A stretch of 64,000 nucleotides of DNA from Bacteroidales bacterium (GTDB lineage: Bacteria; Bacteroidota; Bacteroidia; Bacteroidales; VadinHA17), in the NCBI GenBank assembly GCA_025358455.1, contig JANYJP010000017.1, positions 38,781-102,780 of the forward strand. Direction: 5' to 3'. This document shows positions 19,643 to 27,267 of this stretch, piece by piece. A program made the translations under genes and the position numbers. Position 1 is the first letter of the stretch, and the number at the start of each line of letters is the position of its first letter. The notes under the pieces are model-generated. The model was not told where the DNA came from. It did not search any database and was given only the letters and a program-made list of their open reading frames with translations.

Positions 19643-21511
19643 ATGAATTCTATGGTACCTGAGCCTGTCAATGGAAGACCTTCACATGAGCTGGTAAAAG
19701 AACCTGTGTTAAATATCATGATTATTGAAGACAATCCGGGGGACATTATTATTGTCAGGAAATTGTTAAAGTCTTCAGGTCTCCTCTTCAATTTAACGGA
19801 AGCCTCATCATTAAAATCAGCACTTGCACTCTTCACTGATAATAATTTCGATATTATCCTTTTAGATCTTGGACTGCCTGACAGTATTGGGCTGGAAACC
19901 TTAAAGAAATTACAGGTTTTTAAGGTTGTGCCTCCTGTAGTTGTAATGACAGGATTAGATGATGAAGATACTGCACTGGAATCTTTGCGGGAGGGAGCTC
20001 AGGATTACCTGGTCAAGAACAGATTAACTTCAGAGATTATTCTGCGTTCAATAAAATATAGTATTGAAAGGAAGATACTACAGAACATACAGAAAAAAAA
20101 TACTCAGAGGTTTTCATTACTTTCAAATACTACAGCATTTTTGAATGAATGCGATGACATATCTTTAATTTACAAAATAATATGTGATAGTATAAAGTTA
20201 TTACTCGACAATACAATTTCATTTTCTATTGAATATACAGATGACCGGAGTTTTCGTTTTTCTAATATTGGCCAACTTAAATCCTGGTTTAAAAAATCCA
20301 ATTTATTAACAGACCTTGATATTGAAAATCAGATTTTTGATATTGAAGAGCAGAAAAAAGAATTTGGCAATTACTTCAGTGATGGAAAACTTCACAAAAT
20401 AGGCGGGGAGTTGATCGATATTTTTCCAGGCAAAGCTGATAGGGATAAAAGCCTGGAACAGGAAAGAAACATCGGCATCAATTATACCTATGCTGTTGGG
20501 TTTATGAGAAATAAAAACTACTATGGCGGCACAATTATTTCCTGCACTGAAATGATTGGCGATGATGATAAAAACATTATTGAAAACATTTGCAGCCAGG
20601 CCTCCATAAGTATTTACAGAATGGTTATTAAGAAGAATCTCAGAATAAGTGAACTCAGTTATCAGATGTTAAATCAGGAGCTTGAACAAAAAGTAAGTGA
20701 ACGCACTCAGGAACTGGAAAATGCAAATATACTTCTGAACCGTGAGCTTATTGAGCATAATATAGCCGAGGAAGCACTCAGGGAGAGTGAAGCTTTGCTA
20801 AGAGAACTTAATGCAACCAAGGACAAATTTTTCAATATAGTTGCTCATGATCTTAAAAATCCTTTCACCAGCCTTCTTGGTGCAACGGAACTGCTCTTTG
20901 AGAACATTGAGAAAATGGACGCCGAAAAAATCAAGAGACTTGCACAAATATTGAATGATTCGGCAAAAAGCGGTTATGCAATACTTCTTAACCTTCTTGA
21001 TTGGTCACGCTCACAAACGGGACTAATTAAAATCAATCCTGAAAGGATTAATTTGAAAAAATTACTGGATGAAAATATTTCAGAAATGCAGTTATTTTTA
21101 AATAATAAAGAGATTAATCTGAATTCAGAAGCTACGGAGGATATGTACATTTTTGTTGATAAAAATATGCTTAATACTATATTGCGTAATCTGATAAGTA
21201 ATGCGTTAAAATTCACATGCAGAGGGGGCAGTATAGTTATCAGGGCAAATATTAGCGAACAGAAAGTTATAATTTCGGTGAAAGATACCGGAATAGGAAT
21301 ATCTGATGATAATGTTGACAAGTTGTTCAGAATAGATTCAAAATATACCCGCCCAGGTACTGATAAAGAACAGGGCACCGGCCTGGGACTAAAATTAAGC
21401 AAAGAATTTGTCGAGAAACTGGGTGGTAAGATATGGGTAAAAAGTATCGAAAATAAAGGAAGTGAATTTATTTTCTCAATTCCTTTATTTACAGCCCCCA
21501 AGCCTCTTTAG
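19643..21511 (+). CDS. Hybrid sensor: N-terminal receiver, uncharacterised middle domain, HisKA, HATPase
   Basis: Receiver motifs 'IMIIEDNPGD...DIILLDLGLPD...VVMTGLDD...DYLVKN'. H-box 'FFNIVAHDLKNPF'. ATPase motifs 'RNLISNALKF', 'DTGIGI' and 'GTGLGLKLSKEFVE'. Confidence 0.85.
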   Translation: MNSMVPEPVNGRPSHELVKEPVLNIMIIEDNPGDIIIVRKLLKSSGLLFNLTEASSLKSALALFTDNNFDIILLDLGLPDSIGLETLKKLQVFKVVPPVVVMTGLDDEDTALESLREGAQDYLVKNRLTSEIILRSIKYSIERKILQNIQKKNTQRFSLLSNTTAFLNECDDISLIYKIICDSIKLLLDNTISFSIEYTDDRSFRFSNIGQLKSWFKKSNLLTDLDIENQIFDIEEQKKEFGNYFSDGKLHKIGGELIDIFPGKADRDKSLEQERNIGINYTYAVGFMRNKNYYGGTIISCTEMIGDDDKNIIENICSQASISIYRMVIKKNLRISELSYQMLNQELEQKVSERTQELENANILLNRELIEHNIAEEALRESEALLRELNATKDKFFNIVAHDLKNPFTSLLGATELLFENIEKMDAEKIKRLAQILNDSAKSGYAILLNLLDWSRSQTGLIKINPERINLKKLLDENISEMQLFLNNKEINLNSEATEDMYIFVDKNMLNTILRNLISNALKFTCRGGSIVIRANISEQKVIISVKDTGIGISDDNVDKLFRIDSKYTRPGTDKEQGTGLGLKLSKEFVEKLGGKIWVKSIENKGSEFIFSIPLFTAPKPL

Positions 21512-21530
21512 GGATTTACCGGTATTCATT

Positions 21531-21598
21531 ATTAATCCTGTCTTAAGTATTTATTAATTTAATCTTAATGCAAAGAGGCGCTTTTAAACTTAAGTTAG
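21531..21598 (+). promoter_or_regulatory. Class-1 module: phased hexamers ATTAAT/CTTAAG/ATTAAT/CTTAAT, then N21, then TAAGTTAG
   Basis: Hexamers start at 21531, 21542, 21553 and 21564, an exact 11-bp period. A 21-nt spacer follows, then TAAGTTAG (21591-21598), which matches TAnnTTTG at 7 of 8 positions. It lies upstream of regulator paralog 2. Confidence 0.5.
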
Positions 21599-21764
21599 CC
21601 TCATGAAACTTTATACTTAAATTTTCAATACCGGATATAGTTTTCTGACAGGAAATAAAAGGGGATCAAGCGATAACCGGACCAGAGTAATTCACTTAAT
21701 ATAAAATACATCCGGTCAGAATTTGTGAGGCTTTTCATTTAGTATTAATTCATAAAATATCTTT

Positions 21765-22325
21765 TTGAAACTTTACATAAAAAATATGGTTTGCATTCGA
21801 TGCAAAATGGCAGTGAAGTCAGAATTGGAAAATTTCGGACTGCATTACTCTTTTGTTGATTTTGGTGAAGCAGAAATCCGGGAAAATATTTCACAGGTAC
21901 AACGTGAACAGTTAAATATAGCTTTAAAAAAATCAGGGTTTGAACTAATGGATGATAAGAAAAGTATGCTGATTGAAAAAATCAAAATCCTTATTCTTGA
22001 ATTGGTTCATTATTCAGATGAACCTTTAAAAAAGAATCTTTCCGACTACATAAGTGAAAAACTTAATTATGACTACACCTATCTCGCCAATCTTTTTTCA
22101 GAAGCCCAGGGTACAACTATTGAAAAGTTCTTTATAAATCATAAGATTGAAAGAATAAAAGAATTACTGGTTTATGATGAACTCAATTTAAAAGAAATAG
22201 CTTTTAAGTTACACTATAGCAGCGTAGCTCACCTGTCGAGCCAGTTTAAAAAACATACTGGTTTAACTCCCTCCCACTTTAAACAGCTCAAGCACAAAAA
22301 ACGTGTTCCTCTTGAGAATGTGTGA
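21765..22325 (+). CDS. Small regulator paralog 2: HMA-like N-domain (intact MxCxxC) plus AraC-type double HTH
   Basis: A TTG start gives 'MKLYIKNMVCIRCKMAVKSELENFG', a ferredoxin-like HMA pattern with CxxC. The C-terminus has 'YDYTYLANLFSEAQGTTIEKFFINHKIERIKELL' and 'LKEIAFKLHYSSVAHLSSQFKKHTGLTPSHF', the AraC HTH pair. Confidence 0.75.
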   Translation: MKLYIKNMVCIRCKMAVKSELENFGLHYSFVDFGEAEIRENISQVQREQLNIALKKSGFELMDDKKSMLIEKIKILILELVHYSDEPLKKNLSDYISEKLNYDYTYLANLFSEAQGTTIEKFFINHKIERIKELLVYDELNLKEIAFKLHYSSVAHLSSQFKKHTGLTPSHFKQLKHKKRVPLENV

Positions 22326-22385
22326 AATATGTAACTTATTACAATAGTTATGTAACATAAATACATACCAGGGTGACCATCTTTG
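22321..22385 (+). promoter_or_regulatory. Class-2 stress module, copy A
   Basis: TGTGAAATATGTAAC-N15-TGTAAC-N21-CATCTTTG. It overlaps the stop codon of the regulator gene and ends 82 nt before the ATG at 22468. Confidence 0.6.
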
Positions 22386-22467
22386 TAATAGAAACATTAT
22401 TTTTGAATAAATAATTTACTCCAGATAATTTGTATCACAATTTTTAAATATGTAAAACTTTTAAATT

Positions 22468-22620
22468 ATGGGAAATTTGCTTTATGCAGTTGCAGTTATA
22501 TTAGTCATAGCATGGCTGATAGGATTGGTCGGATTTCATGCCGGAGGTATTATTCATGTTCTTCTTGTTATTGCAGTTATTGCAGTTATACTAAGAGTCA
22601 TTCAGGGGAGAAGGCTTTAA
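22468..22620 (+). CDS. lmo0937-family small membrane protein (50 aa; below the ORF-track cutoff)
   Basis: Hand translation gives MGNLLYAVAVILVIAWLIGLVGFHAGGIIHVLLVIAVIAVILRVIQGRRL. The two-helix pattern and the 'GGIIHVLLVIA...R.IQGRR' tail are typical of this family. Confidence 0.7.
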   Translation: MGNLLYAVAVILVIAWLIGLVGFHAGGIIHVLLVIAVIAVILRVIQGRRL

Positions 22621-22676
22621 CCTCATTCTTCCCAAACAGTAAAAATTTAATATTAATAATTTAAAAAAACTAAGCT

Positions 22677-22943
22677 ATGAGTTCAGGTAAAGTATTATTA
22701 GGTGTTCTGGCAGGTGTGGCTGCCGGTGCTTTGATTGGTGTTCTGTTTGCGCCCGATAAAGGTTCAGTTACCCGTAAGAAGATCTCGAAGAAAAGCGAAG
22801 ACTATGCTGATTCAGTTAAAGAAAAATTCAATGATTTTCTGGATAGTATAAGCGAAAAATTTGAATCAGTAAAAGAAGACCTCGAAAAAGAAATGCCCAA
22901 AGCAAAGGGAAGTAAAAAAGATATGGAATCAGCAATGAGTTAA
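22677..22943 (+). CDS. YtxH-domain general-stress-type protein
   Basis: 'GKVLLGVLAGVAAGALIGVLFAPDKGSVTRKKI' is the YtxH N-terminal signature. A charged helical tail follows. Confidence 0.8.
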   Translation: MSSGKVLLGVLAGVAAGALIGVLFAPDKGSVTRKKISKKSEDYADSVKEKFNDFLDSISEKFESVKEDLEKEMPKAKGSKKDMESAMS

Positions 22944-22975
22944 TCCATCAGAAATCCAGTCATAAAATTTAGATT

Positions 22976-23317
22976 ATGGATGAATACTCGAATGTATTTG
23001 AAACCCTGTTAGAAAGAGCGGAAGAATACACAAAAACAAGCATAGAATTATATAAACTGAAAACTATTGATAAAGTTTCGGAAGTATTATCTGCAACTCT
23101 GTCGCGTGCTATAGCTTGTTTCTTTTTTCTCTGTTTCTTTCTGATGGGTTCAGTTGGACTGGCTCTCTGGCTGGGAGAAATTCTTGGCAAATCATGGTAT
23201 GGTTTTTTTGCAGTTGCAACATTTTATGGTCTGATCGGGGTTGTGCTCTATTTCCTTCTGCATAATTGGCTTAAAAAGACATTTGGTAACAATATAATTG
23301 AAGAACTACTAAACTAG
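22976..23317 (+). CDS. Holin-X/DUF1469-like two-TM membrane protein (commonly annotated as phage holin family)
   Basis: An amphipathic N-helix ('LLERAEEYTKTSIELYKLKTIDKVSEV') is followed by two TM helices ('CFFFLCFFLMGSVGLALWLGEILG', 'YGFFAVATFYGLIGVVLYFLL'). The position after ytxH is typical for this family. Confidence 0.55.
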   Translation: MDEYSNVFETLLERAEEYTKTSIELYKLKTIDKVSEVLSATLSRAIACFFFLCFFLMGSVGLALWLGEILGKSWYGFFAVATFYGLIGVVLYFLLHNWLKKTFGNNIIEELLN

Positions 23318-23323
23318 AAGCAA

Positions 23324-23611
23324 ATGCAAAAGATTACGTCCTCCGAGGAGTTAAAAGATGCGATCCGGCAGTTAGAGTATAAACAAAAAAGTGATCAGGA
23401 ATTATTAAGAGAACAGATCAGTATTGTCCGCGAAAGTTTAACCCCGGCAAAACTGATCAAGACAACTTTCAATGAAGTGTTTACGGCTCCCAGCTTAATA
23501 AAAACTGTCCTCAGCACCGCGTTTGGCTTAACGGCCGGGTATTTCACCAAAAGATATTTCACCGGCATACCCGGCACATTGTTGAAAAGGCTTTTGAGCA
23601 GTATTTTTTAG
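23324..23611 (+). CDS. Hypothetical protein, third gene of the YtxH cluster
   Basis: ORF with a 6-nt gap from the previous gene. It has a coiled-coil N-part and a hydrophobic segment 'VLSTAFGLTAGYF'. I recognise no family. Confidence 0.4.
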   Translation: MQKITSSEELKDAIRQLEYKQKSDQELLREQISIVRESLTPAKLIKTTFNEVFTAPSLIKTVLSTAFGLTAGYFTKRYFTGIPGTLLKRLLSSIF

Positions 23612-23677
23612 TCAGGTTACAAATATTCCGGCAGGATGCTCCGATCAATAAATCAAACGGTTATTGTATTCTGCAAA

Positions 23678-23726
23678 GCATTTTCAGAAAGATGAACACC
23701 AATTCCTGAAAATGCTATTTTATTTT
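23678..23726 (+). terminator. Rho-independent terminator-like hairpin
   Basis: Perfect 10-bp inverted repeat GCATTTTCAG...CTGAAAATGC (23678-23715) followed by TATTTTATTTT. Confidence 0.55.
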
Positions 23727-23740
23727 AACGTTTTAATGAA

Positions 23741-24832
23741 ATGGACAAAGAATTAAAATTCCCTTTTTATGCAAAGGCGTCATTCTTTTTAGTTGGAATG
23801 TTTGCTTTAATATCTATGTTATATATCGGCAAGAGTATAATTCTACCAATCATCTTTGCAACTATTATTGCAATAGTTCTCCATCCTGTCGTTACCTTTT
23901 TTGTACGGATCGGAATAAACAGGGTTCTGGCAATTTCGCTCACAGTTGTCCTTGCTATATTATTGATTTCCGCACTTGGTACTTTTCTAATTTCGCAAAT
24001 AAGCAGGTTCAGTGAATCATGGCCAAAACTGGTGGAAAAATTCGATGGATATGTTGACGAAACAATTACCTGGGCTTCAGGTAATTTCGAGATTAGTCCG
24101 CAAAATATTCTTGATTGGATAGCAAAAACCAAAGCTGAACTCTTTAACAATACCGGTACAGCAATCGGACATACTCTGGTTATTTTAGGTAACGGATTAG
24201 TAGTTACACTTTTAGTTCCGGTCTACATTTTCATGGTACTCTTTTACCAGCCTCTGCTTATTGAATTTATACGCCGGGTATTTGGTTCAGGCAACCGGAA
24301 TGAAGTAAGTAAAATAATTTCTGAAGTAAAATCCCTCATCCAAAACTACCTCTCAGGATTGGTAATAGAAGCTGTTCTGGTGGCAATTCTTGATACAACT
24401 GCTCTTCTGATACTTGGAATTGATTATGCAATCCTGCTTGGCATAATTGGAGCTTTGCTCAATGTCATCCCATACATCGGAGGAATTGTTGCGGTTGCTT
24501 TGCCAATGATGATTGCATTGGTTACTAAAACTTCACCGTGGACTATGCTATGGGTTATGGCTGCTTACTATTTTATCCAACTAATTGACAATAACTTCAT
24601 TGTACCCAAAATAGTTGCTTCAAAAGTAAAGATAAATGCTCTCGTTTCCATCATTGTAGTTCTGGCATTCGGAGCCTTGTGGGGCATTCCCGGAATGTTT
24701 ATTTCCATTCCGCTTACAGCTATAATCAAACTTATTTTCGATCATATAGAACCTTTAAAACCATGGGGATTTTTATTAGGCGACACTGTTCCTGCAACGA
24801 CAATATCTAAGACCAAACCAAAAAAGAAATAA
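23741..24832 (+). CDS. AI-2E family transporter (PerM/UPF0118)
   Basis: 363-aa polytopic protein. 'LGIIGALLNVIPYIGGIVA' and 'DNNFIVPKIV' are typical AI-2E/PerM motifs. Confidence 0.85.
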   Translation: MDKELKFPFYAKASFFLVGMFALISMLYIGKSIILPIIFATIIAIVLHPVVTFFVRIGINRVLAISLTVVLAILLISALGTFLISQISRFSESWPKLVEKFDGYVDETITWASGNFEISPQNILDWIAKTKAELFNNTGTAIGHTLVILGNGLVVTLLVPVYIFMVLFYQPLLIEFIRRVFGSGNRNEVSKIISEVKSLIQNYLSGLVIEAVLVAILDTTALLILGIDYAILLGIIGALLNVIPYIGGIVAVALPMMIALVTKTSPWTMLWVMAAYYFIQLIDNNFIVPKIVASKVKINALVSIIVVLAFGALWGIPGMFISIPLTAIIKLIFDHIEPLKPWGFLLGDTVPATTISKTKPKKK

Positions 24833-24852
24833 AATACCTCCTTAAGGGTAAT

Positions 24853-25692
24853 ATGAAAACTATAAAACCTTTTATAAAAGTAAAAAGTTTCGCTACAGGG
24901 CAGTCAATTAAGCTAAGCGAAAAAACTATTGTGAGAGCAGAACAGGCCAATTCCTTTTTGTCCGATGCAGGAAATATGTTCTTATTTATTATAAGGGTAT
25001 TCAGGGAAACATTTTCATTTGATTTTGAATTCAAAGAATTTCTGCATCAATGTTTCAAAGTAGGAAATAAATCGTTGCCCCTTGTTGCCATCACAGGTGC
25101 AATAATGGGTGTTGTGCTTACAATTCAATCACGCCCTGCACTGGCCGAATTCGGAGCAGTCACACTGCTTCCCGGGATGATTGCCGTATCAATTATCAGG
25201 GAAATTGGCCCGGTAGTTACTGCACTGATCTGTGCCGGGAAGATAGGATCCGGTATGGGCGCCGAACTGGGGTCCATGAAAGTCTCAGAACAAATTGATG
25301 CCATGGAGGTTTCAGCAACTAATCCTTTCAGGTACCTTGTTGTTACACGCGTTCTTGCTGCAACTCTGATGTTACCCATACTGGTAATATTTGCTGATGC
25401 TTTTGGATTATTTGGGAGCTGGGTCGGTGTAAATATAAAAGGCAACGTAAATCTTGTATTGTTTTTCTCACAAGCATTCAGTTCAATCCATTTCAAGGAT
25501 TTCCTTCCGGCACTTTTGAAATCTTTTGTCTTCGGATCTGTCATTGGAATAGTTGGATGCTACAAGGGTTTCAATGCGGGAAGAGGTACCGAAAGTGTTG
25601 GAATAGCCGCTAATACTGCTGTAGTTATATCATCCCTTCTGGTAATCATAGTTGATATGATAGCTGTGCAAATAACCGATATGCTGATATGA
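24853..25692 (+). CDS. mlaE: MlaE-family ABC transporter permease
   Basis: 'VAITGAIMGVVLTIQS', 'REIGPVVTALICAGKIGSGMGAELGSMKVSEQIDAMEV' and 'LVVTRVLA' are MlaE/Ttg2B signatures. Confidence 0.85.
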   Translation: MKTIKPFIKVKSFATGQSIKLSEKTIVRAEQANSFLSDAGNMFLFIIRVFRETFSFDFEFKEFLHQCFKVGNKSLPLVAITGAIMGVVLTIQSRPALAEFGAVTLLPGMIAVSIIREIGPVVTALICAGKIGSGMGAELGSMKVSEQIDAMEVSATNPFRYLVVTRVLAATLMLPILVIFADAFGLFGSWVGVNIKGNVNLVLFFSQAFSSIHFKDFLPALLKSFVFGSVIGIVGCYKGFNAGRGTESVGIAANTAVVISSLLVIIVDMIAVQITDMLI

Positions 25693-26471
25693 AAAACTCA
25701 ATCGAAGATACTATCGCGGCTGTTTCGGACGTAACCAAAAACCCTGAACTGATAATAGAAATTAATAATCTGAGAAAGGGATTCGGCTCGCAGGAAGTAC
25801 TTAAAGATGTTTCCCTGAAACTTTTCAATGGAGAGAACCTGGTTATTCTGGGCAAATCAGGAACAGGAAAATCAGTTCTGATAAAATGTATTGTAAGTTT
25901 ATTAAATCCTGATAGTGGAACTATTAATGTGCTTGGTAATAATGTTGGTTCTCTTACAAGTAAATATCTGGATGAATTAAGGAAGAAGATTGGTTTCCTT
26001 TTTCAAAGCGGAGCACTTTATGATTCAATGACTGTAAAACAAAACCTGGAATTTCCATTACGAAGAATTAAAAAAAATCTGACCGAAAAAGAAATAAACC
26101 AAAAAATAAATGAGGTACTTGAAAATGTAGGCCTTGCTGAAACATTAAATAAAATGCCTTCACAACTATCAGGCGGAATGCGCAAACGAATAAGTCTGGC
26201 CCGGACTATCATAGTTGATCCGTTGATTATGCTGTATGATGAACCTACCACAGGACTTGACCCTGCCACATCAGATGAAATAAGCTCACTTATCAATGAT
26301 GTTAAAAACAAATATAAAACCTCTTCAATAATCATCACTCATGATATTGAATGTGCCCGCACCACGGCTGATCGTATTATCATGCTGCAGGATGGTGAAG
26401 TATACGCGGAAGGGAAAATAGATGAGTTCGAAAAATCTAACGACTTATTAATAAAATCCTTCTTCAGGTAA
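25689..26471 (+). CDS. mlaF: MlaF-like ABC transporter ATP-binding protein
   Basis: Walker A 'GKSGTGKS', signature 'LSGGMRKRISLAR', Walker B 'IMLYDEPTTGLD'. The ATGA start overlaps the stop of the permease gene. Confidence 0.9.
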   Translation: MKNSIEDTIAAVSDVTKNPELIIEINNLRKGFGSQEVLKDVSLKLFNGENLVILGKSGTGKSVLIKCIVSLLNPDSGTINVLGNNVGSLTSKYLDELRKKIGFLFQSGALYDSMTVKQNLEFPLRRIKKNLTEKEINQKINEVLENVGLAETLNKMPSQLSGGMRKRISLARTIIVDPLIMLYDEPTTGLDPATSDEISSLINDVKNKYKTSSIIITHDIECARTTADRIIMLQDGEVYAEGKIDEFEKSNDLLIKSFFR

Positions 26472-26498
26472 ATTTTCAAAATTTCAAATTAACTCAAT

Positions 26499-27227
26499 AT
26501 GGAACCACATTCACAGAAATACAAAATACGATTAGGACTGTTTGTAGCAGGTGGATTTATACTTTTTGTAATAAGCATATTCCTGATAGGAAAACAGAAG
26601 AATCTCTTCGACCCGATATTTAAACTCACTACTACTTTCCATAATGTCAGCGGACTGCAGGTTGGAAACAATATTCGCTTTTCCGGAATAAATGTAGGGA
26701 CAGTTGACAATATCATTATAATTAATGATTCGATGATACAGGTCGATATGATCCTTAAAAAAGATGTTCAACAGTTTATCAAAACAGATTGCCAGGTAGC
26801 AATAGGTTCTGAAGGAATCATCGGAGACCGGATTTTAATTATTACACAGGGCAGTTATGAAGCTCAATCGACAAAAGATAATCAGATTCTTTCATCTGTT
26901 GAACCAGTAGAGATTGATGCTATAATATCCAGTCTGAACGTAACTGCCGGGAATTTTGTTATTATATCTGATCAGCTGGCCGAAATTATGACAAAGATTA
27001 ATCAAGGAAACGGAACGCTTGGAAGACTGATCCAGGATTCAACTATATCAAATAATATTAACCAGATGATAATTAATCTTAAAAGGAGCAGCAAGGGATT
27101 GGATGAAAATATGGAAGCAGCAAAAAGCAATTTTCTTTTAAGAGGTTATTATAATAAAAAAATCAGAGTGGCGGAGAAAGCAAAACAGGATTCTATTAGA
27201 TTAAAAGAGGAAAAAACAAAAAAATAA
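26499..27227 (+). CDS. mlaD: MlaD/MCE-domain substrate-binding protein
   Basis: An N-terminal TM anchor precedes 'FHNVSGLQVGNNIRFSGINVGTVDNI', the MCE core. Confidence 0.8.
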   Translation: MEPHSQKYKIRLGLFVAGGFILFVISIFLIGKQKNLFDPIFKLTTTFHNVSGLQVGNNIRFSGINVGTVDNIIIINDSMIQVDMILKKDVQQFIKTDCQVAIGSEGIIGDRILIITQGSYEAQSTKDNQILSSVEPVEIDAIISSLNVTAGNFVIISDQLAEIMTKINQGNGTLGRLIQDSTISNNINQMIINLKRSSKGLDENMEAAKSNFLLRGYYNKKIRVAEKAKQDSIRLKEEKTKK

Positions 27228-27267
27228 TCCTTCTGCTGATCCGGTAAAATATGAAACATCAACATAA

